Origin: Octopus vulgaris | Taxonomy: Eukaryota | Direction of reading: 5' to 3' | Length of the DNA: 64,000 nucleotides | NCBI GenBank assembly: GCA_951406725.2 | Contig: OX597818.1 | Location: 118,544,001-118,608,000 of the forward strand | In this document: piece after piece, positions 38,673 through 53,339 of the stretch | Layout: every line of letters starts with the position of its first letter | Position numbering within the stretch: position 1 is the first letter of the stretch | Notes under the pieces: model-generated | Seen by the model: only the letters and a program-made list of their open reading frames with translations | Told to the model about the DNA's origin: nothing | Database searches by the model: none | Program-made: the position numbers and the translations under genes

Positions 38673-40671
38673 GTATAAGGCAGCACATATTTTGCTTGGT
38701 ATATCTACAAGAATTGTAACAGAAAAATCAAGTTATCTTCAATTTTTGTAATGCATTATAAATATCGTAGGATAGATTTGAAATTACGTTCACTGCATAA
38801 AACATTAATTCAGTTTATAGTAGGTGACCTACTCCAGATAACAACCATACTCATTTCCGAAAATATCCATTCCCTTTGGGAGTTTCAAGTCACTCTGCAA
38901 AATGAAACATATTACAATTCTTTAAAATAGTGCCTTCATTGTAATGAAATTCCAAAACCAAAAACAAAATAAAGATATAATAATAATAATAATAATAATG
39001 TATAAATTGCTACGTAATATATGTAAGATCAATTCCCAGTGGTGCTGGCAATGCATTTTGATTCCGCTCATGTCAGATGAATTAAGCGTTATTAAACTAT
39101 TAGAATGTACCCGTTTCAACTTGTAATTTCTGAACTTTGCTCACTAAACGCAATATTTATTTACATTAAGAAAGTTATACGTTCATTTATTGTTTAATCC
39201 GATGTCAGATCTGATCAATTAAATTTACGACCGTAGGCGCTAAAAATATGTCTACTCCGTATGTTTTCAGTCCTAGTATCTCTTGGGCATGAGTTACAAA
39301 ACCCTATTTCTTTATAAGATGATAGGTTATATATCATTAAGAGATTTAGCTGCTATTTCTAGCAGGCAGCATGGGGGTGTTGATATTTTGTTTCTTAAAC
39401 GTGATTGAGATATGCTATAGGAAGATTAATCATGAACAAGTATAGGAGCTCCAATGTCATCTTGTAGTATTTCTTCTTTTCTACAACGCAGAATCTTCTC
39501 TCTTTCTCCCCCAGAATCTCGTTGGCCACGATCAAAGATGCTTTCCTGGCAAATTCCATTGGATTCGGATCCCATTACCCAAATTAATGCTAACAATGTC
39601 ACTCTCAAATCATTAACACCATTGATGATACTAGAATATACATCAAGTCGACAGATACACAGCACTCAGCTTGTCGTATTTGTTCTACCTTATAACACAG
39701 AGTGCTCTCCCTTTGTTTGAAGGTAAGTATATAATATTCCTTGAACGTTGAGGGGGGAATTGTGATTCAGAGAGTTAATAGGATGAAGCGGAATGTTTAA
39801 AAATGATGTTTAAAATTAAATGTTTGTCTCATTCGCTTCGCATTTAGTTCGGGTTAAAAAAAAAAAGAGGAGTGAGATGAATTTTCAGTTGGAATGTGGG
39901 GCAACTAGTTATGGTCATACTGCAGAAAAAGCTAGAGATAGTTACTGGAGGATGCGGAGGTTGGCTTCAGATATGATATCCGTTTTAATTGCTAATCTGT
40001 GCTGCAAAAGTTAGCTTTTATATCAATATTTAGCTTGTCAATATATCGCTGAATTAAATGAATTTGATACCAAGATTTAATAGATGTCTCTCCTTGGTTG
40101 ATATGGTACTAAGTAGATCTGATATCTAGTTTTTTTGTAATATGCAGTCATGTATGTGATGTTAGAAGCAGAATTGTAGTTGCTATCGTTTGCATAGTTT
40201 TCGTTATATCAATGGTCTGATGATGACGGTTATGTACCTGTCAAGGTTATGTACATAGCAGTATCTGCGCTGTTGCTAAGCATTTCAGAGTGAATTTGAA
40301 AGGATGAATTGGTGTAATAATATTCAAATCCAACGGCATGTGCGTGCAACTTATCTTTTATCATGATCGATGCCTATGAGGGGGCAATTATTAAACATGT
40401 CGAATGAATATAATAGAGATAAGTTTGGAAGCCGTTTAACTTTTACATCAGGGGTTGTTATTGCTTTCATTAAATTGTAAATTCGCATGCCTTATTTTTA
40501 ATCACAAAATGTTAATGAAATTAGGCGAATTTGTAAATTACCTAGTTCGAAGCAATCAGGAGGTCAGTATTTTTATAGCGATAGTCAGAATGTGTTACTG
40601 GTAGGTTTTATTCAAATTAATCTTCCAGCAGCTCTTAGCCTGTACCATTAGCAAGATCAAACAACATATTG

Positions 40672-40893
40672 ATTTCAAATTTTGACAGAAGTCCAGCAAT
40701 TTCATGGGACGGGATAAGTTGATTTCATTGTACCCAGCACTGAACCAATACATATTTCATCAACCTCTAAAGGATGGAAGGCAAACTCGACCTCGACAGA
40801 ATTTGAACTCAGAACATAAACACGGACGATATTCAGCAAAGCATTTTGCATTTTATCCTGCATGCTAAATATTCTGCGTGGTCATCGCCCTAA
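40672..40893 (-). mobile_element. SINE family B, diverged
   Basis: AAAGGATGGAAGGCAAACTCGACCTCGACAGAATTTGAACTCAGAAC matches the family in reverse. Imperfect TSD CAA(C/T)ATATTGA-like flanks. Confidence 0.75.
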
Positions 40894-42022
40894 GTTTCAA
40901 CAATATATTGAAAACTGAAATAAGCTGCAACTAGCTTATTCGCTGCTAGAGGAATGTTATCCTGGTTATGCAGAAAAAAAAAATAAAATAAAACCTTCAT
41001 ATAATCGCTATAGAATATAGACATCCGATCACAACACCAAATCTGTGATGATTTGCATCAAATTGTTCTGCATCCTGAAATACTAAAGTACAGAATAAAA
41101 GTAGAAACTATTGACTTTTAATATTGTCAATAACTTGCATTGATTTGGCTTCCGGGAAGCTAAAGGTAAACTTATACAGTGTGGAATAAATTAGATTTAC
41201 ATGTTTGCATTAATTAGCATCCTACGCATTGAAAAACATAGTTGCGCAAATAAAGAACGTTAGTTCATCAGATCACCAGAGCAAGATTCAAACCAACGAT
41301 TTAACTCGGAATACAATTGCTGGACTTATTGAACATTTTTAACCACAGCGGTACTTATCGACAAGTCAGACCAGAGGAATTGAAAGAATCGACGTCATAC
41401 AGAGACAGTACGTTATTTTAATGACTCCGTAATGACAACGGTCAGAGTTGACCTCGATGGATTTTCTGTCCAGAACCTTAAGCCATTTTTGTAAAAATAG
41501 ACGAATGGTTACATGACATCGTATGAGTTACGTGTTTTGCACTAGCAGTCAATACTTTCTCCTGAAAGGAAAAGAAAAAAAAGAACATCCAGTGGTTTCT
41601 CTCAGGTCACAATTTCGGAATTATTTTTTTTATTCGTAGTGAAATTCTCTGACATTGAACCGGTTACTATTATAGGGTATGATAATGAAACGAACGAACG
41701 AGAAGCAAGTAAAACATTTCACATTAAAAGCCTATAACAAAAGAAAACGACAATATCTTAGAGGGTTGAAAAGCTTGCAGTCTTATCTTTGCGAATTCTA
41801 CACTTTGAGACATTAGGTTACATTGGAGAAGTAGGAATGGAAATCACACAGCTAAGTAAACTGTGTGAGAGAAAACCAAAAACGAAAGATGTGGTTATAT
41901 TCATTGGACAAAGCAGAGTTATATTAAATAGCCCTGTAGTATTTTTATAATCAAAAGTATGTAGCTAAAATGTCCACAATGATTTATAGAACCGTTACTG
42001 TGTGACAATAAATATTGGTGCT

Positions 42023-42399
42023 AATGCGACAAGCTGACAGAAACGTCAGTACGCCGGGCGAAATGCGTAGCCGTATTTCGTCTGCCGTTACGTTCTGAGT
42101 TCAAATTCCGCCAAGGTCGACTTTGCCTTTCATCATTTCCGGTTCGCACTGGGGTCGATATAATCAACTTAATCCGTTTGTCTGTCCTTGTTTGTCCTCT
42201 CTGTGTTTAGCCCCTTGTGGGTAGTAAAGAAATAGGTATTTCGTATGTCTTTACGTTCTCAGTTCAAATTCCACCGAGGCCGACTTTGCCTTTCATCCTT
42301 TCGGGGTCGATAAATTAAGTTCTAATTGCGTACTGGGATCGAACTAATCGACTGGACCCCTCCTCCAAAATTTCAGGATTTGTGCCTAGAGTAGAAAAG
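42023..42399 (+). mobile_element. SINE family B, two units
   Basis: Exact 16-bp TSD AATAAATATTGGTGCT at 42007-42022 and 42400-42415. Confidence 0.88.
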
Positions 42400-42889
42400 A
42401 ATAAATATTGGTGCTTTCATAACATTTTAGAAATGTAAATGTCTAAATCATGACAGAAGCTCTCGGAAAATAATGTTTTCGAAGACAATTATTGTCTTTG
42501 AAAATATTGTTTATAACGTTCATTATATTAACTGTAAATCGGTTTTTGTGCAGAAACAATAGCACGAAACATTTTATTTGTAATAATAATAGTTAGTTTT
42601 AGCTTCATTGCACAAGAAAAACATAAACACGAAATCTATTGTTCTTAATGAAGATTTTAAAGTGTCGTTCAGTGCACCGTTCTCATTCATTGCGTAATAT
42701 ATTTATGTTAATCTGTTTCCATTTGTATAGTCGAACATATATTACATACCGGCTGATCCAATGTTTTGTCGGTACTACCTGTTAGTCGTTACCGGATCGC
42801 AAGTTTCAGAAAACCAAAAACGATTAATTTACTTAGTTAAATTCAGTCCATACCTATATAAACTATGATAGTTTAGCACTTATACTATA

Positions 42890-43002
42890 GGTCTCATTTG
42901 CCGAAACGCGAGGTTACGCAGACTTAAACACACCAGCATCAGTTGTCAAGCGATGTTGGGGGGGGGACAAACACAGACACAGAAACATACACATACAAAA
43001 AG

Positions 43003-43063
<61 letters not shown>

Positions 43064-43217
43064 TACGACGGGCTTCTTTCAGTTTCAGTCTACCAAATCT
43101 ACTCACAAGGCTTTGGTCTGCCCAAGGCTATAGTAGAAGACACTTGTCAAGGTGCCACGCAGTGGGACTGAACCTTGAACTATGTGGTTCCTAAGCAAGC
43201 TACTTACCACACACCCA
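42890..43217 (-). mobile_element. SINE family A, partial
   Basis: Matches ~61195-61465. Confidence 0.85.
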
Positions 43218-43329
43218 CCCATACATATATATGTCTTAGCACGACACTTGGACACGTGAGTGAGTTATTCAAACTCCAAAGAATTCCTCTTAATGCATGG
43301 CTGTGGTTCTAGTAATCAGAGAGAGACAC

Positions 43330-44340
43330 ATATCATCACTCACAGTTTTTCTTGATTCTCTTTGATCTTGTTGTCACCGGGACATGCTATGCCGATTATC
43401 ATGCAAGTTCTTTTTTACTCATTTGCTCACCACTACTATGTCAGGCTCCAGCTGTCTGATCTGATGCTCACACTGAATCATTGCATCCCACAAGAATTCG
43501 GAGACTTTATTCTCAGTAACTCCTTGTGGGGGGTGGTCATACCACATCTTTACTCTTTGTAGTCCGTACTTTCGACATAGCTCCAAATGGTCCATTCTTG
43601 CCACATTGTCATGCCGCCTTTAGTATTCCCATGGTACCAGTTTTGGGCATTCGCTAACAATATGCCTTACCGTTTCATCCTCTCACTACATATTCTGTAT
43701 TTGTCACTCTCACTTGTGTTGTCAATTATGCACTTTACTTAGTTCGTTGTTAGCGCTTGTACTTGAGCCCCGTCTGTTTCTAACGTAAGGGCATGCTTCT
43801 GCATCCATAGCATGTTTCTTGGCGCCTGTATCTCTTGCAAACTAATTGTATATCTTTTTCTATCTATGCTATTTCTTTTTTCGTATTCTTTTTCTCTAAC
43901 ATTTTCCCTTTCTTTACACAATTAATAATTTTGATAATGCCTGGCTTCTTCAGATGTTTCAGCAATGGTTCCAAAGCATTTTTTACATGCCACACAAACT
44001 TGCTTTCTTCTCATTGACAACTGATCAAACCTATCCCATCATTTCTTCTGTACAACCTACAAATGTCACTCTCGGGACGGAATTCTCCGAACACTGTTAA
44101 TATTTCCTGTGTCATTCACATCAGTTCTTTCTTTTGCCAGTCTATGACCCCAGCTTCATACTAGGGTGACGTTATCGCCCTAGTATTTACTTCTCGAATT
44201 TGTTCCACCCAGGCAATTTTGAGTGCAACACCAATCTAAGTGTTCAGAAATATTCTTTCTTCAGCTGTTCTTTCATTTCCTTCTCCATATTTCTTTTGAA
44301 CTCTACTATGCTAAAGTATTTATAGACTTCTTTTCAATTT
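43330..44340 (-). pseudogene. Decayed R4/Dong-like LINE C-terminus (zinc knuckle/RLE region)
   Basis: Minus-strand RRHDNVA...WYDHPPQGVTEN...LWD...PDIVV aligns to RHDRV...WYRHTPEKVTEN...LWD...RPDIVV of the 58399 ORF. Abuts (ATT)n. Confidence 0.8.
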
Positions 44341-44347
44341 GCTTCAT

Positions 44348-44770
<423 letters not shown>

Positions 44771-45838
44771 GACAAATATAATAATATTACAAAATGTATA
44801 TTGTTATCCGTCTTAGCTTTCCACTGACTTCTCAAATTACTTATAAAGAATAATGTATTGACATGGCATTATGTGTAATCTTCTCTATGGCTAGTTTAAG
44901 TGGTGTTGGAATATTGGCTTTCAAAACACTCTTTATTTTTATTACACAATGAAAAATCAACGCAAACATTCGTTTCAAGTTTCTAGGAAATCTGACACAT
45001 GGCCCTCTCGGTCATCACATCATTAAATGAAAAGTTGTAATTGTATCTAATGAAAATCTATAGAGTTCACTACTTTAAAATGGCATTTACTGTTGTTGCA
45101 ATACAAACATTATAAAGCTATAATGCTGACAGCGGTAATGCATAGTTCAATTTCATTTCATAAATTGAAATGCAACGATATTGACTGAAGAAATTTACCC
45201 TTGCTGGGATATTTGGAAATTACCCGTATAAGAATTACAGCCAATGCATTGTTCTACTGACTGTAATTCGACTGTTGAATTAACTTCACATAATGAAATA
45301 TTTATAATACTTCGAGTCTTGGCGAGTGCTGAATTGAAGATGTACATTGTAATTACCACGACACTTTGTAAAATTAATTAGTTTAAGCATCATTTAAAAG
45401 CTTTTAAATACGAGAAGCACAATCAATGAGTGTATAGAAGTTTGAACTTGTTATTGATTTTCACACACATCCTTATATACATAGAATAACATTTCTGCAT
45501 TATCGTTAAGTAAATATATACATCGGTGCGTATTCGCGTGAGTTTGTAACGGAAATGTATGTATATATGTCACACATCTCCGCAAGGAAGCGGCCGGGAG
45601 ATAAATCTCTTCGTATGAGTGCCATTATATAAATATACATTATTGACATAGGTACTCCTATTTCAAGAATTATTATTAGATTTTAATTAAACATGCAAAC
45701 TATAGCCATCGGTGTAACATTTAGAAACAAATACTTTCAATTATAATTACAAGGATAAAAATATATACATCAATAAAGTAGACAGAAACGTATTTCTATT
45801 GAAGGTTTGTGTTTGGAATGTATATATATATACATATA

Positions 45839-45890
<52 letters not shown>

Positions 45891-45984
45891 TATCAGGGTA
45901 ATAAGGATTTACGAAATGTTTATTACCAGTGGCCTACCGTATAGAAGAATTAGTGATTAAACTATATATTATACATATAAAATT

Positions 45985-46073
45985 CAGTGTACATTTAAAC
46001 ACATTAAGAGGTATCCTTCTAGCGTAGTGGAGCCCTATGATGGATACCTCTAAATGTGTTTAAAAGTACACTG
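45985..46073. repeat. 32-bp inverted repeat with 25-nt spacer
   Basis: CAGTGTACATTTAAACACATTAAGAGGTATCC / GGATACCTCTAAATGTGTTTAAAAGTACACTG, 30 of 32 positions pair. Confidence 0.9.
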
Positions 46074-46096
46074 TATTACACACACACACACACACA

Positions 46097-46151
<55 letters not shown>

Positions 46152-46177
46152 CATCCTCGCTTGCAATAATCAAATTA

Positions 46178-46285
46178 AGGAGTGGCTGTGTGGTAAGTAG
46201 ATTGCTCACCAACCACATGGTTCCGGGTCCAAAGCCTTGTAAGTGAATTTGGAAAATGGAAACTGGAAGAAATCCGTCGTATACA
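46178..46285 (+). mobile_element. SINE family A, internally deleted 5' fragment
   Basis: Head joined directly to CCAAAGCCTTGT. Confidence 0.75.
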
Positions 46286-47392
46286 TATATATATGTGACA
46301 GCATCACGAAAACCACCGGTTTTACGATAGGTACGCAGACGAGTAATGCAATGTGCATTATAGAAAACTAGGCTTACCTTCAGAAGGAAATAGGAAGATT
46401 AATAATCCATATCTCAATATCAACTGATTTCATGCTTTGCATGACAAACAGGCTTTGCAATCATCAGTTGGAAATAGCATTGGACATCTATTTCTAAGAC
46501 TCGTGTGCGTTTCTCAGCAAAACGTCTGTGGTGACCATTATTGCAAGTGCAATGCGAATTTCAGTAAGCTTACACCAATGAAGCAAATGCATGTAACACG
46601 TTGGTTTTGTACGCAGAAAACTAAAGAATTAATCTATTCATTCTAAAATATTTCCTAAATATTCAATATTTATAAATCAATCTTTGTATATATATTTGAT
46701 ATGATAATACGCCACCTCAATTATTTTTCAACAGTTATAGCTAGAAAAATATGTTCATTCTGATATTATCTACTTTAGTATCAAACAGGTTTCATTTTCA
46801 TCTACATTGTTTCTCGTATGGATGTTTGTTTTGTCTTCTTTTATTTTAAATAGATTCATGACGATAGAATCCATCATATTTACGTACTCGTTACGCATGT
46901 AATTCTTGATAATAAACAATTTGTGAAGTTATAATAATGTAGATGTCTACATATTTCTTGCATTATTAAATATTCGCTTCCATGAAGATATGCAGTTCAG
47001 CTGACAGAAAATCTCACATCACATATTTAGCATACTTGTATATTCTCATGATTTTAAAGGAGCTCTATTTAATCTTCAGTTATATTTATATATTTTATTC
47101 TAAGTTTTACTACTGATATTTTCGCTTTAGTAATTCTACTCACATACAGAATTCCGTCATGGATTTTTCAGGGAGCTACAACGACTTTTCTCATAAATTA
47201 CAGCTAGCATTATAGCTAGTAGTGTTAAAAACGTAGATGCTTGCCATGCCTTTGCTGATTTGTGATAAATGAAATTAGAATACGTAAACACATCCTTAAT
47301 TTGATTATTTCAAGCGAGGATGATTACATAAAATAAATAAATAAATAAATGCGCCCTTTTAAAGCCTGAATTGTTTGTAGTACTTGTGGCAT

Positions 47393-47693
47393 TGTGGAGG
47401 CGCATTGCCTAGTGGTTAAAGCAGCGAACTCGCGGTCAAAGCATAGCGGGTTCGAATCTCAGACCAGGCGATGTGTGTGTTTATGAGCGAAAAATCTAAG
47501 CTCCACGCAGCTCCAGCAGAAGGTAATGGCGAACTTTTGCTGACTCCTTCGCCACAACTTTCTCTCATTCTTTCCTCCTGCATCTTGCAGCTCACCTGAG
47601 ACGGACGGGCGTCATGTCCAGGTGAGGAACCTATATGCCAAAGAAACCAGGAAACCGGCTCTAATGAGCCAGGCATGGCTAGAGAAGGAAAAA
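47393..47693 (+). mobile_element. SINE family C
   Basis: Homologous to 4200-4499. Imperfect TSD ACTTGT(GG/AC)CATT. Confidence 0.85.
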
Positions 47694-48149
47694 ACTTGTA
47701 CCATTATTTAGTAACTGGCGCAGGTTTTAAGAGAAAAAAGTAAAGACGTGTGTTTATAATTTATTGTAAAGTAGCGCCTACAGATTTCACTAAGTTATCT
47801 ATTCTTATTCTTCAATGAGTTCGCCAGGAAGGATTCTGTACCATATATATAAATCGAGTTTGACAACAATCTAATATTTCATATGCGTACATAAGCAATA
47901 TCTGTGCATCTGCAACATAGAAGAGAATTACCTCAACGTGAGCACTAAACACATGTACTTCAAAATAACAACTTCCATCACTTGTCCAAATATTGCCTTT
48001 AATTCGATTTGTTGAACATTCATACCTAAATAATAGTGTAAATGTTATGTTGTGCAATATGTTAATTTAGAACAGTCAGTTAGTGTCAGTATGGTAGGAA
48101 CTACATGGTGTTGAATTCGGTACGCCTGCATTGCCTATTTATCATGCAT

Positions 48150-48465
48150 CTTCTACTATAGCCTCGGGCCGATCAAAGCCTTGTGAGTGGATTTGTCAGA
48201 CAGAAACTTCAAGACGCCAATTATATAAGTGGGGGAGTGTATGTGAGTTTGTGTCTTTCTATCTGTGTTTGTCCCCATCGACAGCTTGACAGTCGGTGTT
48301 GGTGTGTTTATCTCCACGTAACTTAGCGGTTCGGCAAAAGAGGAAGATATAAGTTTCAGACTTTGAAAAATGTACGTGTGTTGATTCATTTTACTAAAAG
48401 AAAAATATCCAAGGCGGTGACCCAGCATGACCACATTTTAATGATTGAAACACATAGAAAATAAA
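48150..48465 (+). mobile_element. SINE family A, 5'-truncated
   Basis: TCTTCTACTATAGCCTCGGGCCGA through CCCAGCATGACC. Confidence 0.8.
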
Positions 48466-48823
48466 ACGTAACTACCTTATGGTCTGAAAAGAAAAACAGA
48501 ACCAGCTACTGAAAGATGAGTCTCACTTTCAAAAATACGATGAATCATTTGCAGGTAAATTGCAATTTAGAACTTGTATTGTCATTCGTAGATTTAAACA
48601 CACTTTAGAGACACTTTGCAGTTTAACAACCTTTCAAATACAATGGCTGCCCCGTAAACATCATCATCTATTGATATCAGTAAACTACCTTACATAGATA
48701 CATATTTCACTATTTTTAACCTGGTGATGGAACAAAGGTTTTGAAGTATTCTCAGAATATCTTCATGATGATGCTGTAACGCATTTGTTTTTTCATCTGG
48801 GTTATCAGTCGATATAATTAATA

Positions 48824-49811
48824 CAGTGTGTTCAAAGATTCCCTTAGCAATGAATTTGTTTATCCTGCGCATGTGCAACTTGGCTATTTCTGCGTGGGCG
48901 GTCGGGTTGTCAGCCATTGCTCCTCAGTCATTGTGTACCCTTCAGTGAGTCGACATGCTAACCATTGAAGAACGTACGTTTTTAGTTGAATAGGTGTTTC
49001 GAGAATAGGTGTTTCACTGAAAGAGAAGTTCAGTGAAACTTTTGCAAATATTGTTGTTCCACATCGTTACTCCGTGCAGGATTTGATAAGAAACTTTAGA
49101 AACACGTGACCAGTGGAAGATGCAGCAAGATGCGGTAGGTCTACTGTTCTTTCAAACTAAACTCTCCAATATTTCTGATAAACTGTTGGCAAGTCCGACA
49201 ATGTCCTTACACAAATTGTTACAGGAAACGGAACACAGCCCAGGAAGTGCTCACACGCCAGTAAAAAAGAAATTAAATTTTATGTATTGAAAATGAAGGA
49301 CGACACTTTCAACACCTATTATAAAGATTTTTTAAGTCTTGTAATGTCTAAAATATCCTTTTATAGTATTATACTATCTTATAAATATTTATTTTGTAAT
49401 AAAATACTTATTATGGAGAGAAGTTCAGTGAAACCTTTGCAAATATTGTTGTTCCACATCGTTACTCTGTGCAGGATTTGATAAGAAACTTTAGAAACAC
49501 GTGACCAGTGGAAGATGCAGCAAAATGCGGTAGGTCTACTGTTCTTTCAAACTAAACTCTCCAATATTTCTGATAAACTGTTGGCAAGTCCGACAATGTC
49601 CTTACACACATTGTTACAGGAAACGGAACACAGCCCAGGAAGTGCTCACACGCCAGTAAAAAAGAAATTAAATTTTATGTATTGAAAATGAAGGACGACA
49701 CTTTCAACACCTATTATAAAGATTTTTTAAGTCTTGTAATGTCTAAAATATCCTTTTATAGTATTATACTATCTTATAAATATTTATTTTATAATAAAAT
49801 ACTTATTATGG
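48824..49811 (+). mobile_element. Tc1/mariner transposon left end with decayed transposase N-terminus, partly tandem-duplicated (395-bp period)
   Basis: TA|CAGTGTGTTCAAA TIR-like start. From ATG 48955: MLTIEERTFLVE*VFRE...EKFSETFANIVVPHRYSVQDLIRNFRNT*PVEDAARCGRSTVLS, resembling the HTH plus GRP-linker of mariner-type transposases. Confidence 0.7.
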
Positions 49812-51163
49812 AGAGATTTTTAAAACACCTTCGAGTAACAAGTCTTCTGGTTATATAATACTTCCTCTAAACATCTGTAGAATACAGAGATGTTTTACAC
49901 TACCAGCGTATTACACGGTCGCGGATCGCAACATCTAATAATCTTCTTCGAAATAGTAGAAAATAGTGTGAAACGAACACATTCATTTTCCCGTCTATTA
50001 AAATGACAATTGAAAGTAAATGCATTTAACTGAATTATTCTAAAGAATAAATAAGATTTTCAATCTATTGTTCCATTGATAATGAGGGAAAAAAATTATT
50101 CATTATTTTGGACCACATCATTTTGTAGATAATAATTAGGGCTAATTTTCGAAACTACAATCTGTTCCTTCTCACATACATTGGATGGGGGGAGGGGGTA
50201 TTTTGTATTTAGCTACGAATCTGTTTCCATGCCGATGAGAAAATTTGATTTCCTGAAGCACTGAAAAAGCGATTTCTGTAGAACTCATTTTACTTTTTCT
50301 CTTCCTGGAATATACTTCGATTCGATACAATATTCCCACAAACATTTTAAACATATTTAACATTTTGCAAAAAATATTTACGCATTCACAACTGTAATTA
50401 CAATGAAAACGAGCCGTTTCTTTATTTGAAGAGAATTTAAATATACATTTAGCGATAGGTGTGAATAATTCACTTCCTGAAATTCTGAAAAGTGAAAACA
50501 TTGTGAAAAAAGAATAAAAGATATTTAAGAGCAGAAAAGCGATGAAAGTTTCAAATGTAATGACTCGAAACCAATTCTCAAAAGGCAATAAACTATATCA
50601 AACTATACAAAGTACACACAGTACACATTATATAATGTGTTCATTCTGTTTTGTTTTCTGAATATATTTGTAAATGATATTGCACTGAGATTTCTTTATT
50701 TCATGTTTTTCTTAATTTCCGCATATATAAACTTAAATAGCCTAATCTGAGTAACCATAATTGTTGGAAAATTTCGTTTTGCCCTCTCGAGGGACATTAT
50801 CTGAAGTGGATTAAGTCTGTTCAAACCTTAATTAGAATATGGACGTGTAAGTACTCCCGTTCTAAAGTTTTACTAGTAGAGGGAAAGGTTATAAAAATGT
50901 ACACAAAAGTGGATGAAATTTATAGTCATAAGTAGTAATTCGTCGAGAGTTTTGTTGCAAACTATCTTTATTATCTTGACATATTGACATGAAATCATAA
51001 GATACTGAAATAATCTTGAGGGAGTTACAATTGCAAAATATTAATTTTAATATAGACGTGCATAGAAGAATTAAATTCAAGTGTTAAGGTAGACTTAAGT
51101 CCATTCGCAAACATTACGCTTTTTGTTAATATCTATCTATCTATCTATCTATCTATATATCTA

Positions 51164-51214
<51 letters not shown>

Positions 51215-51236
51215 TTATATATACATATATATATGC

Positions 51237-51274
<38 letters not shown>

Positions 51275-52440
51275 TTATATATATATACATACAGGCATGT
51301 GTATATGCAGAGAGACGTACATACATACGTACATATATATATATATATATATATATGTAGACACATATATGCATGCACAAACAACCACACATATAACCGC
51401 ACACACACACAAACACATGATAAATGAAGAGCAATATTAACATAACGTTTACTTTTGAGCGATATATATATATCCAAAAATTGTCTATTCGGTTATTGAG
51501 AAATTTTACCTACAGCCCGATGTTTATGATCGTTATACAATACAGTAAGCTGTATTTTGGTTAATCTATACTCGAGATTACACCGTTTCCCCTCTGCTAC
51601 TGCCTTGGCCTTGAGTTTGGAACTTTCTCATAAAGTATGTTTCATCAGCTAACACAATACTGTTGCCTTCAGACTCTAATTGAAGTCACACACTTGCGCT
51701 CACAGGCCGTCGGGTTTACTCCGCCCTCCTATCATCGAACTTCTTTTTCTCCTTCCCTACATTTCCACTGTGTTAGTGATCCACTAAACAATCCATCAAT
51801 ATTTCCGATTCGTCCTGTCGAATCCCATTACTTTCCACAAGTCACTTAACTGCCTTTAGAAACAATCGCAATTTACGCGTCACCATCACACACATACTTA
51901 GAACATCTTGCCTATATGTCTCTAATTTTGGTTTCCAACGATATCATATTTCTCATATCGAAGTGCATGGTTCTTGCCAAGAATTACTACAGATACACGA
52001 ACCGTATTAACGTTTCATAATTGATCTCTATTTATTTAGTTCAATAAATATATTAGATTCATTCAATAACCAAACTACCATTATCTAACTAGTTTTAACA
52101 TCATTGCATTTTTGCGAGTTAAATATAAACAGTTTCGCTACTCGGTATCCAGTTACGATGAGTTCTTCCATTCAAGCTTTATAATATGTCGTTTCACGAT
52201 ACCATGTCTTATGAGGGTTATCTTAGGCGTAGCTATAGCTAACTGAAAACTATATTACAAGTCTTTATATGTTTGCCAAATCCCCGAGGTGATTTGAAAA
52301 TTCTTTGTATATTAGACAGTATAATATTCATATCTGTTAATTTGGGAAGCCTGATTGCCAAGTTTTCTCTTTCTACTTCCTATAAGAAAATGCATATTCC
52401 CAAATTTCCTTTGGCTGCTGGTGCAGTTTGTACTAAAATA

Positions 52441-52499
<59 letters not shown>

Positions 52500-52574
52500 T
52501 ATATGTATACTAAAATATATATATGTACTAACACAGAGACACAGACACAGACACAGACACACACAAACACACAC

Positions 52575-52607
<33 letters not shown>

Positions 52608-52671
52608 AACATATATATATCCATTTATATGTATACACATATATACTGTCAACACACATAGACATATATGC

Positions 52672-52710
<39 letters not shown>

Positions 52711-53294
52711 TACACACACACACAGATACTTGCATACAAACATACTTACATACATACATACATACACACATACATACATACATACATACATACATACATA
52801 CATACATACATACATACATACATACATACATACATACATACATACATACGTACGTACGTACATACATACATACGTACGTACATACAAACATGTGTAATGA
52901 AACAGAATATACTTATGCTGCAATAAGTTTCGGTTTTTCTATTTTGTTATTTGATGCCATATATCTTTCTGTCAAGATATTTTGTCCCATTACTTTTTTT
53001 TTCACTATAAATTCCATTTCAATGATTTTGGAGAACAAAAAACAGAACAAAAAAAATAACACTTTGATGATATTCTAATGAGAATACATATACAACAGCC
53101 AACACTATCGTACTTTCCAATATATGGTGGGTGATTATTTGATATTGTTAACTCTCCTTAGATTACCGATACATTTGAAAGATATTAATATTGTAGCATC
53201 TAGGGATATCATACAAGATCAAAGGTGTTTCTTTCTCTTTTACATTTTGGCATTTAAAACATATACATATTTTTATATATATATGAATGGATTT

Positions 53295-53339
<45 letters not shown>

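Noticed and set aside
39426-39720. Overlapping 79-aa and 88-aa ORFs
   Set aside because: No recognisable motif, and the frame closes just before the splice donor.
48690-48917. Protein-looking 75-aa ORF MADNPTAHAEIAK
   Set aside because: Its first part lies antisense within the left end of the mariner-type element starting at 48824, so it is probably fortuitous.
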